From positions 9,812 to 73,811 of IMG/VR virus record IMGVR_UViG_3300050509_000509: DNA of 64,000 nucleotides; one strand, 5' to 3'. Made by a program: the position numbers and the translations under genes. Below are positions 8,405 through 19,800 of the stretch, one piece after another (position 1 is the stretch's first letter; each line of letters starts with the position of its first letter). The notes under the pieces are model-generated. The model searched no databases. It was not told the DNA's origin and was given only the letters and a program-made list of their open reading frames with translations. The stretch is from a virus. Its lineage: Duplodnaviria; Caudoviricetes.

Positions 8405-8534
8405 TCAGACTTTTTTGAATCATTAGAAACATTTCATGTAAAAGGGCAGCATCTTCTGTCTTTGATATTAAACCCATCTTAATAGCTCCATCACAAAGTT
8501 GTTTGAGCGTGCTTATAGCTTGTTCATTTGTCAT
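8298..8534 (-). CDS. Small hypothetical protein
   Basis: ATGA overlap with upstream gene; 3' end overlaps the GT2 start. Confidence 0.5.
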   Translation of the reverse strand: MTNEQAISTLKQLCDGAIKMGLISKTEDAALLHEMFLMIQKSLSEPDTNNHQQLQQVDNYPEVTNGPAETGVRKPTHY

Positions 8535-9337
8535 ACAGCTTGTGCTACTAATTTATAATTCGTTCCACCTATATTAACTGTAATTGTTGAGTCAGCTGTT
8601 ACAGTTTCAGTGGCAACACTGGATGCCATCAGGATATCTTCCCTGTCTGCTATTCGTACAAAAGTCAAATTAGTTCCATCATATTCCAATCCACCTACTT
8701 CTGAAGGAGACATAAAAGTACCAGCGTCTATTTTTATAGGGGCTGTTCCAGGACTACCTGAGCTGCCTCCTATATGTATCCTGGCAGTAGGGGTAGTCTC
8801 AATGCCTAACCTACCGCCATTTATTACTACTTCAGCGTTGTTCACATCTACTATGAAATCAAATGTAAGATCCTTAGTGATGTGGAAAAATCCCTGCAAG
8901 TTGATTAGATTAACCTGTTCAGATGCATTACTGGTATTAAGCTGTATATAAGGAGCATTGGAGAGATTGTCACGCAAATTGATGAATGTGCTTGCATTAG
9001 TGTTCATATTTATAACCAATGTGTTATCCTCGTTGTGCAAACCAATCACTCCTGCTGATACATCAGTACTGAGTCCCGAATCTATAAAATTTACACTGAA
9101 CCCTCCAGTGGGAACCTCACGTACAGAAGTAAGAACTGCTGGGCTTCCTGCTTCACCCACGTCCTGACCCAGTACAGTTTCACCAGCTGTGCTAATAGAC
9201 AAGCCATCAGCTGCAGCTCCTCCCCCGCCAGAGGAAGACAGGAAACATAGATATTGATGAATAAACCGGAGCCTCCGGTTTAAATCGCGAATAGATAGAT
9301 TGATAATAGGCTCGTAATTGCAAATGTTACCACTCAT
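8531..9337 (-). CDS. Fibre/spike-like structural protein
   Basis: Short coiled coil, Gly linker, DGLS...VLGQ and GRLGIETTPTARIHIGG fibre-type repeats. Confidence 0.55.
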   Translation of the reverse strand: MSGNICNYEPIINLSIRDLNRRLRFIHQYLCFLSSSGGGGAAADGLSISTAGETVLGQDVGEAGSPAVLTSVREVPTGGFSVNFIDSGLSTDVSAGVIGLHNEDNTLVINMNTNASTFINLRDNLSNAPYIQLNTSNASEQVNLINLQGFFHITKDLTFDFIVDVNNAEVVINGGRLGIETTPTARIHIGGSSGSPGTAPIKIDAGTFMSPSEVGGLEYDGTNLTFVRIADREDILMASSVATETVTADSTITVNIGGTNYKLVAQAV

Positions 9338-10089
9338 AATGTAAGGTTATAATATTTTTGAACTTTTTCTTTAGGCCAGGGAGTGATTATCCTATCTCCG
9401 TGATCCTGGCTAAAATTACGATAGTTTCCAAAATTATTGGGGTGTCCTGCATTTCCTGATGTTTTAAATGTTGGTACATCGGTATCTCCCCAGTTATATA
9501 TCAGTGTTGGTTTACCTTTCTCGTCTACCAGAATCTGCCCACCATAAGCTAGTGGATCTACCCATTTAAGATGCTGATCACTTGTCGATTCATGATACCC
9601 ATGCTCTCTGAGATGGGAGAATGGTACAAAGATCGAGGGTTCAAGTGTATTACTCATCAGCTGGATACCCCCCGGGTGTCTATAGTACGATTGTGCAGGT
9701 TTGTAGGCAATCTTTCCCTGCTCTCTTGCACGAAGTACTCCTTTGACTCCTTCAGAGATATGATTGGGCAAGAATAGATCATCATCATCCCAATGGATCA
9801 CTATATCCATGTCTTCAGGTATATACTTCAGTGCATCATTATATATATCTCCCAGGTTTTCGTAAGGAAGGCCTGTCCTATGACTTACATGCTGATTTAT
9901 GAGCAGGACTTTCTTGTTTGGTACGAGCTCAACATCTTTTGCATCCAGACCAGGATGTTGTTCAATAGGGGAATTGTTATATATCAGCAGGATATGCTCT
10001 CCCTCATAATCCTGATCTCTGAATAGCCGTACACTCCGCTCACAGAGTGTATGGCGGCCACAAGTGGCCATGATAGCAACTACTTTCAT
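9334..10089 (-). CDS. Glycosyltransferase family 2 / GT-A
   Basis: VAIMATCGR...RSVRLFRDQDY, HWDDDDLFLPNHI. Confidence 0.8.
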   Translation of the reverse strand: MKVVAIMATCGRHTLCERSVRLFRDQDYEGEHILLIYNNSPIEQHPGLDAKDVELVPNKKVLLINQHVSHRTGLPYENLGDIYNDALKYIPEDMDIVIHWDDDDLFLPNHISEGVKGVLRAREQGKIAYKPAQSYYRHPGGIQLMSNTLEPSIFVPFSHLREHGYHESTSDQHLKWVDPLAYGGQILVDEKGKPTLIYNWGDTDVPTFKTSGNAGHPNNFGNYRNFSQDHGDRIITPWPKEKVQKYYNLTL

Positions 10090-10109
10090 TATCTTGGTTT
10101 TTATTGGAC

Positions 10110-10421
10110 TTATTCCGGCTTATTTTCGCGTTCCTGCTCCCACTTCTGCTGTAATTCCTTACCTGCTTGTTGCAATTCTTTCTTCTCTTGCTGATTTTCA
10201 GGATGTGCTGTAGTATCTCCCAGCATAATGCCGATTGTTTTCACGGCGAGTACTAACAGCGGGAGTATTACTATAGTCAGATTGTCTTTAAGTACAGGAC
10301 TTATACCTTGTATCAGAGATACGATAGGTATCATACCTGTAAAAAAGAAAATGGCGGCAGTCTCCAGGCGTTTCCACCACCAGGGAGCATTGATTTGTGC
10401 ATTGCTAAATGATAATTTCAT
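10110..10421 (-). CDS. Two-TM membrane protein, holin-like
   Basis: Two hydrophobic helices and a charged C-terminal tail. Confidence 0.55.
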   Translation of the reverse strand: MKLSFSNAQINAPWWWKRLETAAIFFFTGMIPIVSLIQGISPVLKDNLTIVILPLLVLAVKTIGIMLGDTTAHPENQQEKKELQQAGKELQQKWEQERENKPE

Positions 10422-10424
10422 ACC

Positions 10425-11591
10425 CTATTTTATTTCAGTTGTTCCATCTTCATACACATATACATATTTACCAATCTTATTTACCCATACTCTTCCTTCT
10501 TCAATTTTCGATTGCATGACAGTGGTAGTTGTGGTAGTTGTGGTAGAAGTAGTAGAACCACCTCCCGCATAAGTTATTGTAACATCATCTGTTGCAATTC
10601 CTCCTTTGCCATCCTTCACTGTGAGCCTGTATGTATAATTGCCGACCTTCGGCATAAATGCATCTACGATATACCAACCAGATCCCTTAGGAAACAAAAG
10701 TCCACTGTCCCAAAGATTTACTCCATTAGGAACTGATATTGCAGACCAGCTACTAAGCTCAGGTTTGAAATTCTCTGACATACTGCCATCAAGCTGTATA
10801 GTTTGTGCATTGACTGTACGATCCGGACCTGCTGCAGCCTTCAGAGAGGTACCACCAGAAGATCCTGGAACAGCTACGGGAGCATCTTTCGAATTCATGT
10901 ACATCCACTCATAAATACTTACTGATGGATAGAGCAGACCCTGACCATTGGGAGCTATAGGAGGGGCATCTTTATAAACTGTATCCCATCCACCATGGCC
11001 TGTAGCATTAAAGAGAGTCTTCACCGCTTTAAAAGCATTCGTATTTGCATTAATAGCATCTACAATCCCGTTGGTAGCTGCCACAGGAGTCCCACCATTA
11101 GTGTCATTGATATTATGAAATGCCCATACGGGTAATTGAGCATCTGCTACGTTCTTCCAGGTACCATTTACCCATGTTGTGGCGATAGGGATAGCAGTAG
11201 ATAATTTCTGGGCTCTTGCAAGTGAGGAGCCTATGTAAGAGAAAGTACCCCCACCACCTAATGAAAGTCCTGTCAGGTTGATCTTGCTCTGGTTAACCTG
11301 TAGATTGGCCGAATAGGCGATCATTGCATCCACTTCATTGCCTGTGTAATTAGTAACCTGTGGTGCCAGCAAAAAAAATGGACGGGTAGTGCTTTGTACT
11401 GCAGATTTTAGATTGCCCGGAATCTCATTATTTAACAGATTATCCAGGCTATTTTCTCCATCTCCTGTACCACCTATACCATGTAGGAAGATGATAAGAG
11501 GTATATTAGTAGTGAGGGGTATATCTGGTTTGTATAATACAAATCCATACCCTGTCAAATTCTGCGATTTCCTGATTTTTTCGAAGCCCAT
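10425..11591 (-). CDS. Alpha/beta hydrolase (esterase) with PKD-like domain and Thr tract
   Basis: IFLHGIGG, nucleophile elbow LTGLSLGGG, WAFHNIND, GHGGW; AGPDRTV...LDGS...GNYTYRLTVKD PKD pattern. Confidence 0.85.
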   Translation of the reverse strand: MGFEKIRKSQNLTGYGFVLYKPDIPLTTNIPLIIFLHGIGGTGDGENSLDNLLNNEIPGNLKSAVQSTTRPFFLLAPQVTNYTGNEVDAMIAYSANLQVNQSKINLTGLSLGGGGTFSYIGSSLARAQKLSTAIPIATTWVNGTWKNVADAQLPVWAFHNINDTNGGTPVAATNGIVDAINANTNAFKAVKTLFNATGHGGWDTVYKDAPPIAPNGQGLLYPSVSIYEWMYMNSKDAPVAVPGSSGGTSLKAAAGPDRTVNAQTIQLDGSMSENFKPELSSWSAISVPNGVNLWDSGLLFPKGSGWYIVDAFMPKVGNYTYRLTVKDGKGGIATDDVTITYAGGGSTTSTTTTTTTTVMQSKIEEGRVWVNKIGKYVYVYEDGTTEIK

Positions 11592-11602
11592 GATGTCAGA
11601 TT

Positions 11603-13402
11603 TTATAATATTTCATACCAAAAATCAATATTCCATACTGCATTAATAGTAGCTCCACTCGTAAAGTCAAACTGCGCTCTATCGTTTGTTGCATCTCCTT
11701 GTATAAATCCGCCATAATATGTTCCTGCTGATGCATCTCCAGTACCTCGGCCTCCAAGTTGATAGTATTGAGTAAGGGCTGAGGCAAAAGGAAGAGAGAA
11801 TGATACTATTGTTGGAGTAGCAGCAGCTGTTGGGTCTACTTCTAACATACCCCAGACATGAACACGATTTCCAAATCTTTCGTAATACCATGTAGTTCCG
11901 GGGACAGCAGTTGCATCAACATTCGCCCCATTGGTTAATGTGGGCGTATATGTAGATACTGCAAACTGAGTCTTATTTAGTCGCCCTGCGTTGCTTCCCG
12001 AAGCTGTATCCGTAGTTACTAAGAAAGTGGATGTGGGTGTATTGCTCGTTGGTAAACTATCCTTTTGAAATCCTACACTTCCACCGACAAATAATTGTCT
12101 TTGATAAATATTGGTAGCTGTCGGGGTTGCTCCTATCATTACACCGCCGCCGTAATTAATACGCATTCTCTCGACATTGCCAGCAAGGAATCTTTGAGCA
12201 TAACCAGATTGGGTTTGAATATCCATAAATCCAGTAGCCTCATCAGTTAGTATATACCCTCTTCTACCACTTGGTGGCGTCTGTCCATAAAGCCCAAGAA
12301 TCGCTTGGGTGTTAGCTCTTACTATTCTAAATTCTCCGTTATGCGCACTCGAAGAAAATCCATTCGCATCAACAGCGAAACTTCCCGGAAGGGTAACAAG
12401 ATTAAACGTATGCATTCTTAATTGAATACCTGTGGTACTTGGCAATATATCTACTAATTTATTCGTGCTATCTACAAGTACACCAAGTGCGGGGCCAGTG
12501 GCTGTGCTGAACAATGTGAATTGAGAATATTTGCTTGTTATATTTCGCCCTATTGAATAATAGGCGTTGTGAGAGCTGTCATATAGGGTATAGCTCGCAG
12601 CAGTTCGATAAAATTGCAAATCGTTTGTTTCGGCATTTATAGTCCAGCTTTCTGCTCTTATTTGCTTTCCTTGCCGGGTATTAAAGTGTTTGTGATATTC
12701 ATATAACTGAGGCGTTCCGCCTATTGGGTCAGGTCTATAGTTAGATTCCCACGCTTCGCCCCATGCAGCTACGCCAGCGGTTTGATTGCCGCCGCCAAAA
12801 GTTAACCCAATTCCTCTTGTATAAACAACATTGGGTCTCTGTGGTGCTTGTAAAGCAAATCCCACCCCCTCGTACCATGACTGCATACCTTGTGCGGGGG
12901 TTCCAGAAAAAGCAGGTTTTATTTCTCTGAGAATATATCCCGAGCCAGTACTATCTGGCTGATCTGTTTCTTTAGCCGCCTCGACCTGTTTATAAGGATA
13001 CCCGCTCTGTAATCGCAGATAGTTACTGCCTTGCGTAATTGTTGTATTCTGATTTAATGTGCCACCCAGTTCTACAGTGTCCCCATCTTTTGAAAGACCA
13101 TTACTGGCAAAGATGTTACTAACATCTCCTGTCTTCAATACTTTAATCCACCTTTTGGGATTACAGGCTCTGAACCAGAATGAGTTCTCTGCATAGGTGA
13201 AAATCAGTGCAGCGCAGGTATCAATACCCTTTTGTAGATTGGCAGCTGTAGTGTCCAGGTACCTGGGAGCATATAGATTTGTCGAGGCCATAAGCCGTGG
13301 ATCATTGACAGTATTGGTGCCAAGAGTCCTGTTAATAATTGGCTGTGCTACTGCAAAACTGCTAATTATTGCAGTCATTATAACTAAAAATATGTGTTTC
13401 AT
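11603..13402 (-). CDS. Tail-fibre-like protein with apparent Sec signal peptide
   Basis: MKHIFLVIMTAIISSFAVA-Q; NGLSKDGDTVELGGTL, ERMRINYGGGVMIG and YTPTLT...YERFGNRVHV fibre-tip motifs. Confidence 0.6.
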   Translation of the reverse strand: MKHIFLVIMTAIISSFAVAQPIINRTLGTNTVNDPRLMASTNLYAPRYLDTTAANLQKGIDTCAALIFTYAENSFWFRACNPKRWIKVLKTGDVSNIFASNGLSKDGDTVELGGTLNQNTTITQGSNYLRLQSGYPYKQVEAAKETDQPDSTGSGYILREIKPAFSGTPAQGMQSWYEGVGFALQAPQRPNVVYTRGIGLTFGGGNQTAGVAAWGEAWESNYRPDPIGGTPQLYEYHKHFNTRQGKQIRAESWTINAETNDLQFYRTAASYTLYDSSHNAYYSIGRNITSKYSQFTLFSTATGPALGVLVDSTNKLVDILPSTTGIQLRMHTFNLVTLPGSFAVDANGFSSSAHNGEFRIVRANTQAILGLYGQTPPSGRRGYILTDEATGFMDIQTQSGYAQRFLAGNVERMRINYGGGVMIGATPTATNIYQRQLFVGGSVGFQKDSLPTSNTPTSTFLVTTDTASGSNAGRLNKTQFAVSTYTPTLTNGANVDATAVPGTTWYYERFGNRVHVWGMLEVDPTAAATPTIVSFSLPFASALTQYYQLGGRGTGDASAGTYYGGFIQGDATNDRAQFDFTSGATINAVWNIDFWYEIL

Positions 13403-13845
13403 GGTCTTGGAAATATATAGAGATGATAATCTATAGTATTAGCGTCAAATCCTGGTATGAGAATAGTAAATCCTCCTAATTGTTCGTAGTCCCACTCCTG
13501 ATTGCCTACTTCGTTATAGACAAAGCGATTTGCATCATTTAAGAAAATCTCAAATTCTATGCCCTCCAGTTCAGGTAAAAGACATGTAATGCCATCTGGC
13601 TCAAAATCACTACTTACTATCGGTATGATTGCTGAGGCAGTGGTTGGTACAGCGTCAATATAAGCTACCAGCTTGTTGATGACTATATTAAGTAGATCAC
13701 CTGTATTGATTCCGGGCGCTGTAATACGGGTACCAGAATAGTACACACACGTACCTGGTAATGTCATTATACAACCTGCTCCTGTTGTAGGAGCACAACA
13801 ACGTGCATTAGTACGACAGGAGTTACCTGGTATGGACATTCCCAT
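13399..13845 (-). CDS. Cys-rich fibre-associated protein
   Basis: CVYYSG..I...GI.TGD.L motif shared with 49503 and 50915 genes. Confidence 0.6.
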   Translation of the reverse strand: MGMSIPGNSCRTNARCCAPTTGAGCIMTLPGTCVYYSGTRITAPGINTGDLLNIVINKLVAYIDAVPTTASAIIPIVSSDFEPDGITCLLPELEGIEFEIFLNDANRFVYNEVGNQEWDYEQLGGFTILIPGFDANTIDYHLYIFPRP

Positions 13846-13875
13846 TAGTCAAACATTTATCTTATTAGTCAAAGT

Positions 13876-16800
13876 TTATCTAAACACACCGTACCTGGAC
13901 TGAACTCTTATATTATATTCCTTTGCAATATCTTCGTTAAATATAGCCAAATACGTTAACAACTCTTTTGTAATAGGTAGCATACGAAATAAATACTTAC
14001 TGGGTTTAAGATCTTCTGCATATCTCTCTGATTCCCGATCACCCAGCATGTAGTACCATCCCTTTAGAATGCCCGTTCCAATAAACCGCTCAAGCTCTAC
14101 CAACAAGTGCACCGCTGGAAATACTGATCCATTCACAATGTTTGTGAAGGAGATCGGGTTGTAGAAAAAGCTTACCTCGTCCTGTAGTTTATCAAGTCCT
14201 CGTAACATCCACTTGTACATACCCCTTACTTCAGGATCTCCTTCGTCAGGCTCTGCTGAACGGACTGCCAACAGGATACCCATTAGTGATAGGGCCAACA
14301 ACAACTCTTTTACTTCAGAACGTACCCCCTTGATGTACATATCAATAAATTCAGCTTCGTTCATCTCAAGCCTGTCTTCCTGCTCGACAAATTCGCGTTG
14401 CTTTTCCTTGTAAGCTCTCCTTGCAATTTCTACAAGTGGCTCTGCACTACCTGTCAAATAATACTTCAGATTGCTGATATTGCCTAGAGCCCCTTTTCTT
14501 AAGGCATCGCCAAGCATGCGAATTCTGCCCCATTCATACTTCTGGGAGCCTGGAACAAATTTTAGAGACTGTGCACGTACATCAAGCATTCTGGGTATCC
14601 AGTTCTTGAACATAAAGAAGCTTTGCCACATGATTGAGCGTTTGTACAACGAAAGATCTTCTCTTGAAGTATTACCCAACGCGTCACGTGAAGTCTGTAG
14701 CATCAGATGCCTGAAATCCACTACTGTTTGTGCGTCGTTACTGATTCCAGGTATTATGATCTGATCATCAACTATGTTAACATAGTTGAGTAATGCCTGA
14801 GGGGATTCCTGCATCTCCTCCACGCGTCTATCCAGTTCTCTCTCGAACTCTTGTGCTTCCTCATAGGTACCACTATACTTGTCCTGGTATCCCATCTGCT
14901 TGCGCATGTACTCTCTTATATTTACAATCTTCCCATCAATGACAGCAGCGTTCTTTATATGCGACATAGCAATTACGCTGTTCACTGCTGTCTCTGAGCC
15001 ACGTTGCAGAAAGAATAGATGGTCTGACGATAACCACCTCACAGCCCAGGATACACTCCTGTTACGAATATCCTTTGCAGTTACGTTATCAGTATAAGGG
15101 TGGAGCATTGCCAGCAAGCCTGCCTGCTTCTGATTCCTGAGAGGTCCATAGAACCTGCCAGATACAAGCTGGAGTTCGGATTCCAGTACATCTTTTTTGC
15201 TGAAGAATCTGCCCTGGTTGATGTATGTATTTACTGTTCCCCCGAATAGGTTGGATGCAGAAGTAAATACGTTCAAACCGAGTGTCTTCGCTACATAGAA
15301 GCGGTTAAGAGCATTCAATGCTTTCACACCAGATACGGTGATAGTATCCTGTTCTGGCTCATCAAGTACTTTTCTTCCGAGCAATTTGTTGATTCTTCTT
15401 ACGGCTGTACCATATGGTATCTCTATAGCTACATCTGACTCGTCAGATAGGTTTTTGTTGTAGTATATGGCATCAATGTGCTCCTTGATATAACGTGTGT
15501 TGATATCATTACTTATTATAATAGGATATCCGCTCTCATCACGATCTATGCCGCCTGTACGCTTGGTTTTATAGGCCATGCGATTTTCCTCTGTGTAATG
15601 CAGTAACCTGGCTATACCTTCGGACTCAGTCCTCAGCCTATATTTTATGATCTCTCTTTCCCATAGAGCCATAACCTTGAAGATGTCCATGGACTTCTCT
15701 GAATAGTCCAGAAAGTATTTGCCATCTGCCCCCTGCACCCACTCTCCGAGATCGGATACAAAAGAGGCGTGAACTTCATCAATTGGCTTACCAGTCAGTG
15801 GATCAATCTTTCCAAAAGAGGTATCTTCCCTTTCTATACGAAGGCCACCAAACAGACTTCCGAGCTTATTACCTCCTGGGGCAGTTGTTAGCTTTTCCAA
15901 TAGATTCCTGCGGACATTAGGAAACCAGCTCCATCCATTATGCTCATCTATCATACCTGATTCGAGAGACTCTTCGAGTCGGTCGATCCAGTAGTTATAT
16001 AGATCCAATAGTGCTTTGTTCTCTGGCTTCAGCAGTTCCTTATATTCATCAGACTCCCATTTGCCAGGTTTGGGGAAATCCTTCAGACGATAATTATTCC
16101 TGTTTACACCTCTGGAAGTGGAGATTGAATAAGTATTCACAAAGTCCTGGAGACTCTGTACAATACGACGCTGGTTCTCTGCGTCATCTTCATGCACACG
16201 GGTTGTCTTGGCATTCTCAATCAGCCTTTTATGCTCTTCAAGATACCATGCTTTATAGGCATCAACATCAATGTTGTCGATAACCCATTTCAAATTAGTT
16301 TTCTCCTGTGCTTCTCTGAGAGAGGAGTAGAAATCGCGGGAGTACTTCTGGACGAACCTACCATTCCATCGTCCTTCTTTATCAATCTGTAGTATATGGC
16401 GATATAGCTCTTTTACTCTCTTACCCCTCAGCCAGGCGTCAACAGCATCTTCAAGTTCTTTTAATCGTGTCAGTCTGGCCTGGAATTCCAGGTCGATCCT
16501 GTTATTAATATTCTTCACGAGTCCCCATAGGATGGCCCCCGCTCTTAGAGAGGATTGGGAGAGCGAGCGGATCATACGTCTGTACCAGGAGAGCTGCTTT
16601 TCAGGAGTAAATTCGTCGCGTATGCCCATCTTGGCAGCCATCTTGTTCTTGCGAAAGTCCACTGACATCTTCCAGTAGCGGTTCAGCATATCCTGTGCAT
16701 CGTCTGAGACCTTACGTGCATCTTCTATATACTTCTTTGACGCTTCAGAATCATCAGTGTACACCTCACGAAATACCTTATTCATGTCAGCGTACAATTC

Positions 16801-19800
16801 TACCTGATCTTTTTCATCCAGGATAGCATCAGCTATCTCATTCAGCTCTCCGATAGATGCCTCATCTGGATTTGTCTGGGCAATCTTTTCCTGCAGCTTT
16901 TGGAACTTTTCCTGCTGCCGGCGTACGATAGTTCTACCAGAGCTGATAATATCTTCAGCTTTCTTCTGCACCTGTAGTTTGCGGATGGCAGCGACAAGCT
17001 GTGCTATACGCTGTCCCTTCTCCAGGCGTTTATCTGGCGGAACTCTTTCATCTGCAAGTTTTCTGACAAGTCCTCTGAGCCTTGATAAAAAGCGATCAAA
17101 CTGTTCCTCTCCTGTAGTTTCTGAAAGTGATGGAACAGGCAACAATACATCATCCTGAATGAGTGTAGCATCAAGGCCACCTATTGTAATGCTACTTACT
17201 TTGAGCCCACTTCTCGCCTCTCCGAGAATGTTGTATTCATAATTCGCCCGCATTGGAATAGCGCGTGTCTGCCTGAATTTATTTCTTGGGACTCCGTATC
17301 CATTCTGCAGGATCCTGCGGATAGCCTCGATCTCTATATTATAGGCTTCTTGCACCCAGGTAGGTATGTCCCGCCTGAGACCTGTCAAACCTGGTACCTT
17401 GAACTGCAGCACGTCTATATCTTCATTCGGAAGTATGGCTATAAGGTCGACTGTCCCAGCCATATTGGTCTTATCATCAAGAATATTAACCTTCTTCAGG
17501 AATCTTGTACCTGCAGGATATGCACGCAATCTTTCAGCAATAGCTCCTTCCAGGGTATTGTAGAATGTACTATTATAAGGGTCAAGTACCGAAGGTATGG
17601 TTTGCTCCAGCGGATTATCCCTCAGCGCACCATTATCATCAATATAACGGTCTAGTATAGATTGTATATCCTCTTTGGCTCTTCCTTCAGTTTCTTCACG
17701 GAAATCCTGGTTAGCCTGAGCTATATCACTTAGTGTTCTCTTTCTCAACCGACGCTCGTAAAACTTCTCTACTTCGCCAATAATAGTACGACGTATTTCT
17801 GTACCATCGAGCTCGTAGCCTGTTTCTGTCCTCGCCAGATTTGCATGTACATTATTCAGTTTGCTGTATAGGTCTTCGTCAACCTGCAGAAATTCTCTAC
17901 CCGCACTTTTGTCACCTGTAAGATCACTGACCTTACCTATTTCTTTCCCTGTTAGGATATCAGATGCCAGTGACTCGAATGGATTCATACCTGCTCTATT
18001 GAACAATATCTTTAGCCAATCAAGTATTTTCTGCCACCATGTTTGTGTGCGTACCAGAAAATCTGGTCGCTCATTAATGTCCTGTGCGCGGTCAACGATT
18101 GTAGCCGCAAGTACTTTGGCAATCGCTTCTTTTTTGAGCTTGACGATATCAGGAGAGCCGTCTTTGTTTTGGTAAAAGCCCATATGCCTATACTCAGCTA
18201 CAACATCAGAGAAGATATTATAGCTTCCGATACTGTTCATCATCTCTTTAAAAAGTGCAGGATTGGTCTGTTCTACGATCTCTACAGCAACGTGCATAGC
18301 TTCTTCAGTGAGAGCAACATCCTGCTTTCCATTCACCACATATATCAAGCCCTCTAAAGGATAGGCAATACCATTTATGTTTACCTTCTTTCCATTCATA
18401 ATAAAGCCATCAGCTGTACGTACAGTTACGCCGATCCTATCAAGAAATTCCTCTACCCGGGCAATAGTTTGTGCAGATGCTCTTCCGGGAATAGTCTGCG
18501 AACCCTGTTGTAGAAATATAGGTTTAGCAGCTTTTTTGGGGTCTATGCTTACTTCGAACCATTCATTATCATATTCATCCTTTACCCTCTCTGGTTTTAA
18601 TCCCTGCTTTCTGAGAATGTTGTATATATCTGCCTCGTAAAACTTGGCTATAGCAGAGAATTTTTGTACGCCATCCGGACCTCTGAGATCCTCAACTTCT
18701 CTCTCAAAAGCTTGTTTTTCTAACAGGGAAGATCCCAAACTTTCCTGTAGGGTATCACGAAGTTTTTCAAGCTGTGAGTCAAAAAAACTCTTTGGTATAT
18801 CTGTTATAGTCTGATCCCCGTCGAGTTGTTGGTAGAAGTATTCGCTACCCTTGACTATAAACTTGAAAACCTGGTTCTCAAATCCGTTCGTCTCAGCATC
18901 TTTGAGTTTTTCCTGTAGTTCTTCTATGTGCTTTATCTCTCTGTCCAGTCGCGCGATCCTATCCTCACGCTCAGTGATAAAGGTTTCCACTGTATCGTGC
19001 CCCTGTATTTTCGAGGCTGTGTTTCCTGTAGGAAATCGCACCCTTTTATATTCCTTCCTGGCTGAATCCTGTATGATAGAGCGCACGAAGAATTTAACCC
19101 AGTTGTTGTCTATATTCAACAATTGCAGGAAATTGTTCTCAGGATTCAGGCCCACTTTCCTAATACGAAACCAGTCTATGTCTACATGGATGTCATCACC
19201 ACCTCCTGGATAACGAGAGGTGCGCTTTTCATATAAGTATCCATCAAATTCGATTTCTGTCTTTCCTTGTGCTGCCTCATCAAGCTCACGGATACGCGAC
19301 TTTGCAGTAACCTTAAGAAATTCACCTGCTAAATCCTTCTCTTTTCTCGATTTCTGGAACATATCAGACTGTATTTCCAGTATGCGGCGGGTCTTAGCCT
19401 GGGCAGCTTCTATTTTAGCTGCTTCTCTTTGTTTACCTTCTACCCACTCCTGAAAATCATCTTCATGCACTATATCCTCGTACTCCCCCTCTACTCCTTT
19501 CTCCCTTTTATACATTGCATAAAAGTTCTTGTCTGCTGGCACAAATACCTTGTCATCGCTTCTGAACCATCCTATTCCATGTCTGGAAGCGAACTGTCCA
19601 TGCCCTTGCACGATAGGAACAATTTCAGGAGTTCTGATTTCTATCTCCCTGTAATTTGTCCCACCACGTACGCTTATATTCTCGTAATATTGAGTTGGCC
19701 GTAACTTCCTGCTATCATTCAATCTTTCAGTTTCTTTCTCTGCCTCTGGTAAAGAGTCCGTTTTGAACATGGTATTTCCATCACTATCTATTACTGAATA

